Below are positions 1 through 8,700 of a stretch of 44,162 nt of DNA, one piece after another (the stretch's first letter is position 1; every line of letters starts with the position of its first letter). The notes below the pieces were generated by a model that saw only the letters and a list, made by a program, of their open reading frames with translations, searched no databases and was not told the origin of the DNA. This stretch comes from a virus (Duplodnaviria; Caudoviricetes). The position numbers were made by a program, and so were the translations under genes. The DNA lies in the IMG/VR virus record IMGVR_UViG_3300042350_000206, positions 1 through 44,162 of that record. One strand, written 5' to 3'.

Positions 1-142
1 GCTGGAAGTTGGTGCTTGGGTCTACAAGTACTTCGATGAAGTCTCTGGTGTATCATTTTTGCCACACTCGGACCACACCTACCAACAGGCACCCTATCAG
101 GATTGCAGTGAACGTGAGTACCTTGACGCTCTTGCCCTGATG
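1..142. repeat. Terminal overlap, copy 1 (circular assembly redundancy)
   Basis: 1-142 matches 44021-44162 except at positions 2 and 16. Confidence 0.95.
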
Positions 143-256
143 CCCGAACGGATTGATTGGACGAAGCTGAGTGACTACGAAAAGGAAGACATGACCAAGA
201 GTTCCCAGACGTTTGCTTGTAGCTCTGGTGTCTGTGAGATTGTTGACCTAACTTAA
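1..256 (+). CDS. nrdJ: Class II (adenosylcobalamin-dependent) ribonucleotide reductase, 3' part (continues from 42327 across the circular junction)
   Basis: Frame from position 2 reads LEVGAWVYKYFDEVSGVSFLP...YQQAPYQ...FACSSGVCEIVDLT*; C-terminal cysteine pair typical of monomeric class II RNR; in frame with 42327-44162. Confidence 0.9.
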   Translation, partial: LEVGAWVYKYFDEVSGVSFLPHSDHTYQQAPYQDCSEREYLDALALMPERIDWTKLSDYEKEDMTKSSQTFACSSGVCEIVDLT

Positions 257-263
257 CGTTAAC

Positions 264-295
264 ACATCCTGAGCATGATGTTAAAAAACTGCTCA
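264..295 (+). other. Predicted H-type RNA pseudoknot downstream of the RNR stop
   Basis: ACATC(264-268)/GATGT(277-281) and TGAGCA(270-275)/TGCTCA(290-295) with A-rich linker TAAAAAAC. Confidence 0.5.
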
Positions 296-341
296 TTTGT
301 TAACACGAGCGTTCACTACGCTGCACTAAAGGAACGACACA

Positions 342-425
342 ATGCCTGCACTCTATCCTTTTCTAGACTTCCTCATGCTAGGTATCCTAGTCTTTGTCGC
401 CTATAAAATCATCAAGTTGGATTAA
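342..425 (+). CDS. Small membrane protein (27 aa, MPALYPFLDFLMLGILVFVAYKIIKLD)
   Basis: AAAGGA SD, ATG 342, one hydrophobic segment; not in ORF track. Confidence 0.55.
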   Translation: MPALYPFLDFLMLGILVFVAYKIIKLD

Positions 426-429
426 GTAA

Positions 430-1131
430 ATGTTAGAGAAGCCACGGGGTAAGCGGACGACAAAGTACAAGGGAGCACCTGAGGAGGCTACGTCTCGTAC
501 GGTAAGCCTAGTTCCCATGAACGACAATCAGAAGCTTTACATTGATGCCCTCAATAGCCACCAACAGATCATCGTCTTAGGTCCGTCTGGTACAGGTAAG
601 ACTTACATTGCAGCATCGTACGCAGCGAATCTGTACATTCTCCGTAAGATCGACAAGATCATTATCACCCGCCCTGCAGTATCTGTCGGCAAGTCCTTGG
701 GTGCTCTACCGGGTGACATTGGGGAGAAGTTTAGTCCTTGGCTGTCACCAGTGTTGTCGGTCCTTGAGGAGCAATTGGGTAAGGGTGTCGTCGAAACTGG
801 GATCAAGAACGGTAACATTCAGATGGCCCCGTTGGAGTACATGCGAGGATCATCCTTCAAGGATGCGTTCGTACTAGCCGACGAGTGTCAGAACCTAGAT
901 GTGGCTCAGTTCAAGATGCTGGTTACCCGTATTGGCGACAACTGCAGATTGGTGATGAACGGTGATATTCGTCAGTCTGACATCAAGGAACAGTCAGGTC
1001 TGTCTAAGGCGATACACTTGGCTAAGAAGTACAGTATAGATGCCTGTGTCGTTGAGTTTGGTATTGACGACGTGGTACGTTCTGATATATGCCGACAGTG
1101 GTTGGAAGCTTTCTACAAGGAGAATCTCTAA
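430..1131 (+). CDS. phoH: PhoH-family ATPase
   Basis: GPSGTGKT Walker A, TRPAV, GALPGD, MRG, DECQN, GDIRQSD motifs. Confidence 0.93.
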   Translation: MLEKPRGKRTTKYKGAPEEATSRTVSLVPMNDNQKLYIDALNSHQQIIVLGPSGTGKTYIAASYAANLYILRKIDKIIITRPAVSVGKSLGALPGDIGEKFSPWLSPVLSVLEEQLGKGVVETGIKNGNIQMAPLEYMRGSSFKDAFVLADECQNLDVAQFKMLVTRIGDNCRLVMNGDIRQSDIKEQSGLSKAIHLAKKYSIDACVVEFGIDDVVRSDICRQWLEAFYKENL

Positions 1132-1132
1132 G

Positions 1133-1510
1133 ATGGCTAAATGGACTATTGAAGAATGTTATGACCGTATGGCTATGGCTATAGCAGCAGAGTCGGAGTC
1201 AAAGGCAGGGTACGACCTTAGTGAGCACATGGAAGAGGAGATTTCCGCGAGGGGTTCCTACACATTCATACCCGAAGGTAAACCAGTAGACAACGTAAAC
1301 AACCCTGACCACTACAACACAGGGTCCATTGAGTGCATTGAATACCTTCAGGACAACATGTCTTGGGAAGGCTTTACGGGATACCTAGAGGGTAACTGCA
1401 AGAAGTACATGCACCGTTGGCGCTACAAGACGAAGCCTCTGGAAGACCTCAAGAAGGCACGTTGGTACCTTGATCGTCTGATCGAAGAGCTTGAGGGTCC
1501 AGATGAGTGA
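1133..1510 (+). CDS. DUF3310-family protein (T7 gp1.7-like putative nucleotide kinase domain)
   Basis: DNVNNPDHY..IECIEY..GNCKKYMHRWRYK..EDLKKARWYL; ATG 1133 after AAGGAG preferred to track start 1040. Confidence 0.8.
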   Translation: MAKWTIEECYDRMAMAIAAESESKAGYDLSEHMEEEISARGSYTFIPEGKPVDNVNNPDHYNTGSIECIEYLQDNMSWEGFTGYLEGNCKKYMHRWRYKTKPLEDLKKARWYLDRLIEELEGPDE

Positions 1511-1586
1511 CGTAATCATGTATGGCTCTATCTTCTTCGTAGCCTTCGTTGTCGTCTTGCTCTGGGTTCTTAGCGAAGGGGACTAA
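1503..1586 (+). CDS. Small membrane protein (27 aa, MSDVIMYGSIFFVAFVVVLLWVLSEGD)
   Basis: GAGG SD, overlaps upstream stop, single hydrophobic helix. Confidence 0.5.
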   Translation: MSDVIMYGSIFFVAFVVVLLWVLSEGD

Positions 1587-1589
1587 CGT

Positions 1590-1620
1590 AAAACAAAAGG
1601 GGAGCTTAACGGCTCCCCTT
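1590..1620 (-). terminator. Intrinsic terminator at the convergence of the two arms (probably bidirectional)
   Basis: AAGGGGAGC(1597-1605)/GCTCCCCTT(1612-1620) stem; minus strand followed by TTTTGTTTT. Confidence 0.85.
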
Positions 1621-1645
1621 AAGTCATTCTAGAGTGTAACGTAGG

Positions 1646-1765
1646 TTACTTGCCCTTAGCCATAGGCTTCTTAGCGGCAGGTTTAACCTTCACAGTAGCC
1701 GAAGCCTTAGCACCTGCACCAGCTTTGCCTTTAGCAGCGCCTTTAGCTTTCATACCCATCATCAT
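1646..1765 (-). CDS. Small Lys/Ala/Gly-rich basic protein (39 aa)
   Basis: AAGGAG SD; MMMGMKAKGAAKGKAGAGAKASATVKVKPAAKKPMAKGK*; not in ORF track. Confidence 0.65.
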   Translation of the reverse strand: MMMGMKAKGAAKGKAGAGAKASATVKVKPAAKKPMAKGK

Positions 1766-1776
1766 TGTAGTTCTCC

Positions 1777-2007
1777 TTACTTCTTTTTCTTAGCGACACC
1801 AGCCTCACTGAGGGCAATGGCGATAGCTTGTTTACGGGATTTAACGACAGGAGCTTTCTTCGGACCCTTAGGGTTCACGCCACCGTGGAGAGTGCCTGCC
1901 TTATACTCCCCAAGTACCTTAGCAACCTTGGCCGATTGCTTCTTAGTCTCTTTAGCCATGACCTTCTTCCTCGTCAGTTGGTTAGTATTCTGTGTCGTCA
2001 GAGCCAT
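1777..2007 (-). CDS. Small basic protein, DUF6496-like
   Basis: KVLGEYKAGTLH...SRKQAIAIALSEAG motif; ATG 2007 overlaps upstream TGA (alternative start 1959). Confidence 0.7.
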   Translation of the reverse strand: MALTTQNTNQLTRKKVMAKETKKQSAKVAKVLGEYKAGTLHGGVNPKGPKKAPVVKSRKQAIAIALSEAGVAKKKK

Positions 2008-2252
2008 CACTTACGCCCTGCGCTAGAGTTACGCTTGAAGGAACGGTTCTTCGAAGGAGCCTCAGCCTTAAGGTTACCCATACGGTTGTCACCTGTACGG
2101 TTGTTCTTGTGGGCTACGTCCTTACCGTCACCCTTCGACACCTTACCAGCCTTCTCCATCTTGCGTCGTGCAGCATTGTTCTCCGCACGTTTCTTCTTAG
2201 CTCTGTCGGAGGAGTGGTAGTTCTCGTACTCAGACTTATAATCTCTAGCCAT
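2007..2252 (-). CDS. Small basic HNH-like protein
   Basis: RDYKSEY..GDGKDVAHKNN..N..NL....SKNRS, a degenerate HNH pattern; TGATG coupling at both ends. Confidence 0.65.
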   Translation of the reverse strand: MARDYKSEYENYHSSDRAKKKRAENNAARRKMEKAGKVSKGDGKDVAHKNNRTGDNRMGNLKAEAPSKNRSFKRNSSAGRK

Positions 2253-2512
2253 CACCACTTCACCTTATCTGCCCAGTACGCTGCACTCATCTTACCCTTA
2301 GCGATGTTCTTAGCGTGACGTGCCTTAAAGGACTTCTGACGTGCCGTAGGTTCTTTATCTCCCGACACACCCTGTTGACCAAAGCGGATAGTCTTCACTG
2401 TGTCGCCCTCTTTAGCAACGACAACATGGGACTTGGTAGGGTGGCTAGGGGTCTTCTTAGGCTTGTTGAAACCTGAGACACCAGCACGTTCAAGGCGAGG
2501 GTCTTTAGCCAT
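2252..2512 (-). CDS. Conserved small basic phage protein (RFGQQG...SFKARH...AAYWADKVKW family)
   Basis: Motif family common in aquatic phages; ATG 2512 just after the upstream stop. Confidence 0.7.
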   Translation of the reverse strand: MAKDPRLERAGVSGFNKPKKTPSHPTKSHVVVAKEGDTVKTIRFGQQGVSGDKEPTARQKSFKARHAKNIAKGKMSAAYWADKVKW

Positions 2513-2513
2513 C

Positions 2514-2879
2514 TTACTTCTTCCTCGTGAGTATGTTAGTAAACCAACGACCAATCTCGTTAGGGCTAGGGAGGAGCCATCCTAAGATCAGGAGTAAGAT
2601 GACCCACGGCTGTACTTCATTCACTGTTACTTCGTCGACACTCTCTGCAGACACTTTAGCTTCTACGGACTTAATGTCACCACTCTCGGTTCTCTGTTCG
2701 ACATTCTTTGTCGTCCCGATAGTCTGGCTATTTGTCTTCCCCGCCTGAATGTTGGCTGCTACGTTTGGTCCACCTCCCTTCATAAGAGATAGAGGACTCA
2801 TACCACAGCCCGTTAGCAGGCTTGCCGACAAAACAATAGCAGTCAGGTTAGCTTTAAGGTTACTGACCCAAGCCACCAC
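2514..2879 (-). CDS. Putative unimolecular spanin
   Basis: N-terminal signal with lipobox LLTG-C, beta-rich middle PNVAANIQAGKTNSQ, C-terminal TM helix and basic tail; architecture of T1 gp11. Confidence 0.65.
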   Translation of the reverse strand: MVAWVSNLKANLTAIVLSASLLTGCGMSPLSLMKGGGPNVAANIQAGKTNSQTIGTTKNVEQRTESGDIKSVEAKVSAESVDEVTVNEVQPWVILLLILGWLLPSPNEIGRWFTNILTRKK

Positions 2880-3054
2880 CGACCACCCATGCTACTATTG
2901 ACGCGATGAAGCCACCACCAATGATCCAAAGAATCTTCGACAAGCTGTTGTTTATGCTACAGACGTTTCTGTCGATCTGGTCTACCTTCTGCTCAAGGAG
3001 AGCCAAACGTTTATCCATCTCAGCAATTTCCTTTTGAATGGCTTCTGCGTCCAT
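2860..3054 (-). CDS. Coiled-coil plus C-terminal TM protein (XhlA/holin-like)
   Basis: Heptad N-terminus then ILWIIGGGFIASIVAWVV; next to the spanin. Confidence 0.55.
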   Translation of the reverse strand: MDAEAIQKEIAEMDKRLALLEQKVDQIDRNVCSINNSLSKILWIIGGGFIASIVAWVVGGGLGQ

Positions 3055-3070
3055 TTCATCCCCCTAGCGA

Positions 3071-5779
3071 TTAAGAATTAACGGTACCGAGCTTACGGAC
3101 TGAACCATTCTTACGGACTACGTAAACCTCTCCGTTAACGACAACAGTGTCCCCAGCCTCAAGTTCACCACGTTCTTGTGCCGCAATGAACTCAGCCTCA
3201 GAAGCGTAAGACTTATCAGGGTCACCAGCGATCTCCTGAATGAATGCCTGTACGTCTTGGTCGACAGCGATAGCAGGGCTAAGCTCACTTGCTCCTTGGG
3301 TTCCCGTAGGGGTTTCAGCCGGGATAGCCTCGGGAAGAGTAGCGTCAGCAACAACAACTTCACCCGTCGTCACAGGGGCTGCAGGAGCGCCACCAGAGGA
3401 CAGGTTAACGTCTACGCTAACTGGACCTGCCGAAGGATTGACTGCACGTTGTACGGCTTCTCCTGCGCGGCTAGCGACAGCATTAGCATTAGCCGGAGTG
3501 CCAGCGGTAGGAGCAATAGTCTTGGCGTTATTGAACCTGTCCAACCAAAGGCTAGCGAACTCACCTGCAGTCATGTTGACGTTGCCTTTGTTAAGGCGTA
3601 CAGCCCTTGCAGCCCGTTCACGATCACCCTTGTAGAGAGGAGCGAGAGCATCGACTACGTTAGCACTGGTGTTGGAGAGAAGTGCTCTAGCACCACCACC
3701 GCCTTGCTGATGCGCGAGGTACAGTTCAGCACCAGTAGGTTCACGACCCAAGGCTGCAGTCAGGGTACGCATGTTATCGACAGCAACATCTACTGCACCA
3801 TCGGTAGCCTGAACGGGGTCGAACCTGTCCTTAACGCCGTAGTCTTTAGCTGTATCGTCGATGAACTGGAAAAGACCACCAGCGGACGACTCAGGGTTCT
3901 GAGCGAGAGGGTCACCACCTGACTCAAGGAACGCAGTACGCTCAAGGTAGCCCTGAGGCAAACCGTTCTCAGCCTCAAGGGTGGTGAAGTCCAGACCCAA
4001 GGCATCGCCAATGTTAGTAGGAGTAGAGGACGACCCACTACCCGCACCACCTGCCCTGTTTGTCGTCTCTGCCGTAGGAACCTCAAGAGCCTTCATCGCA
4101 CGGTCAATCGTAACGATAGCTGCACGACGATCCATAGCCTGCTTAATGACACCACTGAACTCTTGAAGAGGGTCCATAGGCAGAGGAGCCATACCAGCGA
4201 TAGTCGGCATAGGGGCAAAACCACGACGACCCGGAGAAGTAACCGCACCAGCGATATCTTGAGCATCAGGGGACAGAACGTAAGCACTGCCATCCCAGAC
4301 GATACCCTTGTCCGAAAGGAAAGCCTCAATGGAGCCGAAGTTAGTGACCTGACGACCACGTTCAACATCCAAGCCAGAGCGGACGTACTGACGGGCTACC
4401 GCAGCACCCTCAGGGTCAATAACGTCCAGAGCGATAATGTTACGGATGAACCCCGGATTAGCGATAAGCTGCTTGAGAGAAGTATCCGACAAGAAGGACT
4501 CAGAGGGGTTGTTCATAAGCACAGCACCGATAGTGGCTGCGTTAGTAACAAACTGTTCCCTAGCGTCAGGGCGGATAAGATCAGCAGGCTTTACGAGGCC
4601 CGCAAGTTTACCAGAGGCATTCAACCCATTGAAGATTTGCTCAGCGGTCTTACCGTCGATACGAGTCTTAATGTCTGAGGGGATTGTCGTCAAAAAGGCG
4701 TTAGGGTCTTCGACACCTGTAAGGGAGCCTTGGTCCTCAAAGATGTGATTAAGAAGATTAGGCTGTGTTACGTCAAGACGAAGGTCACCCTTACCGATCT
4801 CCATCATAAGTTTTTCAATTTCCCCTGTTTGACCAAGGTAAGTCAGGAGAGTGGTAGGGTCTTTTAGAGCAGCCATAGCTGCACCGTAAGCCGCAGCAGA
4901 GTCACCGCCTTCTTTAAGAACTGCGTTAGCGAAGCCAGTGGAGATTTCTTCAAGTAGAAGCTCAGAAGAGGTCAATTTCTCAAAGGTCGTAAAAAGGCTG
5001 TCGATGTTGGAGAGCTTGTCCTGCGTGGATTTCCATTGGTCGTCGGAAATATTTGGAGGCCGTGACAAGGAGACCTTAAGCTGATCCCACTGAGCCTTCA
5101 AGTTTTGAACGTCCGTAGGGCTGACACGACCACCTTGTTGAGAGTTTACCGACAAAGCGCCAAGGCTGGTATTCAAGAAGGTGTCGATACGTGTACCGTA
5201 TGCAGCTTCAGTATTTACAGACCAAGTATACCCAGCCTGTGCCTTAGACTTAGCGATCTCATCATTAGCGGCTTCAACGGTAGCCTTCTGGCCGATAGCA
5301 TACTCAATACGCTGCTCTTCGCTCCAATCCTTATTGACAGCAAACGACGCAATGTAAGAAGACTGAACAGCAGGGTCTTCAAGGGTTTTCTGGAGGATCA
5401 TACCTTCTTGGCCCAGACCGTACCCTGCCCACTGACGACCAGTAGTTTTAGTGTAAACGTCTTCGTAGCTTGCATCAAAGTTAATACCAGCCATAGCGAA
5501 GTTAGACGCAAGTTGACGTTCAGCGACAAGGGCTGCAGCTTCCCCACGTTCCTGACGGATGGCCTCAACCTTCTCAAGACCCAAAGTAAAAGAAGCAAGA
5601 TTCTTATCTACCGCAGGAGCAGCTTTAGCTTCTGCTTGTCTGCTTTTACCGAAACTCTCAGCAAAGAAACCACCAAGCTCGACTAGAGCACCAAACGCAG
5701 AGGGGCTTGGGGGAGCCTGTTCGATAGGCTGGTTAAAGCGGACTTCGCTGCCGAGTTGTGGGGCGAAAGTGTCAGCCAT
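3071..5779 (-). CDS. Internal virion (ejection) protein with lytic transglycosylase domain
   Basis: 902 aa; SLT motifs LESGGDP..A.N..SSAGGLFQF..T and YLAHQQG. Confidence 0.85.
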   Translation of the reverse strand: MADTFAPQLGSEVRFNQPIEQAPPSPSAFGALVELGGFFAESFGKSRQAEAKAAPAVDKNLASFTLGLEKVEAIRQERGEAAALVAERQLASNFAMAGINFDASYEDVYTKTTGRQWAGYGLGQEGMILQKTLEDPAVQSSYIASFAVNKDWSEEQRIEYAIGQKATVEAANDEIAKSKAQAGYTWSVNTEAAYGTRIDTFLNTSLGALSVNSQQGGRVSPTDVQNLKAQWDQLKVSLSRPPNISDDQWKSTQDKLSNIDSLFTTFEKLTSSELLLEEISTGFANAVLKEGGDSAAAYGAAMAALKDPTTLLTYLGQTGEIEKLMMEIGKGDLRLDVTQPNLLNHIFEDQGSLTGVEDPNAFLTTIPSDIKTRIDGKTAEQIFNGLNASGKLAGLVKPADLIRPDAREQFVTNAATIGAVLMNNPSESFLSDTSLKQLIANPGFIRNIIALDVIDPEGAAVARQYVRSGLDVERGRQVTNFGSIEAFLSDKGIVWDGSAYVLSPDAQDIAGAVTSPGRRGFAPMPTIAGMAPLPMDPLQEFSGVIKQAMDRRAAIVTIDRAMKALEVPTAETTNRAGGAGSGSSSTPTNIGDALGLDFTTLEAENGLPQGYLERTAFLESGGDPLAQNPESSAGGLFQFIDDTAKDYGVKDRFDPVQATDGAVDVAVDNMRTLTAALGREPTGAELYLAHQQGGGGARALLSNTSANVVDALAPLYKGDRERAARAVRLNKGNVNMTAGEFASLWLDRFNNAKTIAPTAGTPANANAVASRAGEAVQRAVNPSAGPVSVDVNLSSGGAPAAPVTTGEVVVADATLPEAIPAETPTGTQGASELSPAIAVDQDVQAFIQEIAGDPDKSYASEAEFIAAQERGELEAGDTVVVNGEVYVVRKNGSVRKLGTVNS

Positions 5780-8700
5780 TATTCATTACTCCCATTGAAG
5801 ATAGATTGCATCGCTTGGAGGCCATACATGTTGTCTTGTCTGATAAGGTGATCTTGCAGTTTAAGCCACTCCGACTCAAGTTTAGACGTAGCCGACTTAC
5901 GAAGAGAAAGCTGGTCCGTCAGAGAGAAACCAGAGAAGGTGATACGGACGTTAAGCTCCTCAAACAGACGGATAGCTTGGTCGATATCGTTAGAGTCACC
6001 TTCAAGAAGCTGGAAGATACGTTCTGCATCCCGATTGACTTCCTTACGGAAAGTACCAAACTTCTTTGTGTCGGCAAACATATCGCTCTTACGGTTGTAG
6101 AACTCAGTCACCCTTTGAGGGGCAAACCCGAGTAGAGCCGTAACACCCTCAGATACCGTCATTTCAAAGGGGAGGGCGACACCAGTTTTAGAGCGGTAGA
6201 TACCATTGTTGAAGATGCCGATAGCCTTAGCCACGTTGTCGACACCAGATGGGGTACGCAGGATTTGGATCACGTCTTCCGTAAGAGAGGCCGTCTGTCC
6301 TGTTTTAAGAGACGACAAAGCACTCATAGTAGCTTCGTAAAGACCTTGGCCAATCTGTCCCGAAGGACCACCAACGACTTCAAGGAACTTACCTTCGGTT
6401 AGGTTCTTATATACATCGAAGAAAGCGCCAGCAGGGGCCAAACGTTGGCCAACGCTGAGGTCGGTACCCAAGGCTGCAAACAAACCGTCTAGAACACCAT
6501 TCTTGAGGCCCATATAGAGTGCACCACCGGGTTCAATACCAAGTTTGTCGGCCACGTAATCTGCGGAACTTGCAAGGCCAAACCCAGCCAAGCCGTAGAA
6601 GGGCATAAGGATCGCAGTCAGACGAGCGCGTTCTGCAGGGGTAAAGTTACGACCGACAAAAACAGCTTCTGATGCACGGAAACTGTACGACAACCACTGA
6701 GTAGGAACCTTCATAAACCCAGACTGCACTCTAGCACGAGCAGAAGAGTTCATGTTGAACGTAAGGTCTTGCTCACGACGAGTAATAACCGAACGGGCTT
6801 GGTCGCTAAACAAAGATACACCGGGGTACTTAGCCTTGAACTCAAGGATAGCCGTGTTCATTGCAGTCAGTCGGGTCAGACGTTCACCAAACTGGAAGGG
6901 CATAACGCCTGCATCAAGAGCTTTACCGACGTACTTAGAAGACAGGTTCTTAGCTGCAGCGGCCTTGCCGTACTCTAGGTTCTCACCTTTCCAGCCAGAG
7001 ATACCCCAGCCGATAGCCGTACCGTCTTCGATAGCATCACCTTCGACAACAGCACGACCAGAAGTACGGATGTACTCAAACCACTCTTCAGCTTCTTTCT
7101 CACTGATCTCAGCAGCTTTAGCGAAGCGTTTGATAGCTTCTTGTCCAGCACCCTTCTCGTAGGCATTGATAGCACCACGCATGGCAGGAACCAGAGCGGC
7201 ACCCTTGAACCCGTGGATAGGGGAGATTGCCATGATTGTCGTAGCGTGGAAACTCTGTAGGAAAATCTGTGCTGCGTTGAAGAAACCAAATGCAGATTGG
7301 AAACCGATCTTTAGGAAGATGTTCGAGGGGTCACCCGCTAGGTCGAGTTTAATGCCGCCCTTAAGAAACGGTACACCGCGCTTACCGAGATCAGAGGTCT
7401 TGTCGAAGATGAACTCTGCAGCGACCTGACCGTAACCTTCCATCGTAAGGGCAAAGTCGTCCTTCATGTTGAGCTTACGTTCAGTAATCTCTTTAAGCTC
7501 TTTCATCCTACGCGAGAACTCGTCGGTACCCGTAACTTCAGCCTTACGGAAGAGTTCTTCATAGTTGTTAGGAGACACGTTAGCAGGTAGCCAACCACGA
7601 CCAGACTGTTGAACTCTCTTGACCCAACCAACCATAGCATTACGCGAGTACGCACGGTTAGAGTAGGTAAAAGCTGACTGACCGAACTGAGACAGAACGG
7701 AGTTCACCGGGTCTTCATTATACGCTCTTCCGCCACCAAAGTCAAGTAGCACCTTGTCGTTACGACGGAGATCGTTCTGGATGTAATCGTCTGCCCGCAG
7801 ACCGACAAAGACACCTTCACCATCTACCTCAACATCAATGATATCGTCGTTACGGCCCTTGACGTTAATGTCACCTTTGGTAAAGTCCCAGCCTTCGTCG
7901 TCCATAAACTTACGGAGTTCGTCAGCAGTTTGGATGCCGGGGTTCCAATCGTTGTTAGCACGGACAATGGCGTCGTCGATAGAGCCAGTTTCGATAGCCT
8001 TCTTAAGATTCGTAAGCTGTTCCTTAGCCAGACGGGCTTGCTTCTCGGAGAAGGCACCCATGAGAGACTTAAGGCGCTTACCACCGAGGACGACAAAATA
8101 GTTAAGGAGAGGGTTGACACGGGAGCCACCGGGGTTGTACCCCATGACATCCGTAGGGTCAATCATTCTGACCTTCTTCGGGGTGATTACGTACTCCTGA
8201 CCGCTATCCGTAGGCTTATCAATCTTCCAGATCGGGAGGTCTTCATCCCCAAGTTCGTCCAGACGCAGAGACACACCAGACGCACCGTCGATGATACGAG
8301 CGTCAGCAGGGATATCCGACCGAGCCACAGTCTTAGCCGGAGCGAAGTAGTCGTCGAATACCTGAATGGTGTTGTTGAAGCCCTTTTCGATATAGCGTTG
8401 GAGCATATTCGTCGATTTAATCAGGTAGTCGGCCTCTTCAACAGTAGCTACCGCTTGGAAGGCTTCAAACGCTTTAGGGCTAGGTTCAGCATTGCTAGGG
8501 TGAAGCTGAATGTATTTCGTACGGAACTCAGACTCGTCATAACGGGTACGACGGGCAGCATCAGAACCATCCCGAAGTTCACCGTAGACACGCTGGATCG
8601 TGTAGGTTTCTTTGGGCGACAAAGACTCCATAGCACGGAGGTATGGGTTCAGAACGTACTGCTTCACAGCGGCACGAGCGGATTCACCCATGTTGTTCAA

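Noticed and set aside
264-295. preQ1-I riboswitch
   Set aside because: Similar hairpin plus AAAAAAC tail, but the loop lacks the preQ1 signature and no queuosine genes are present
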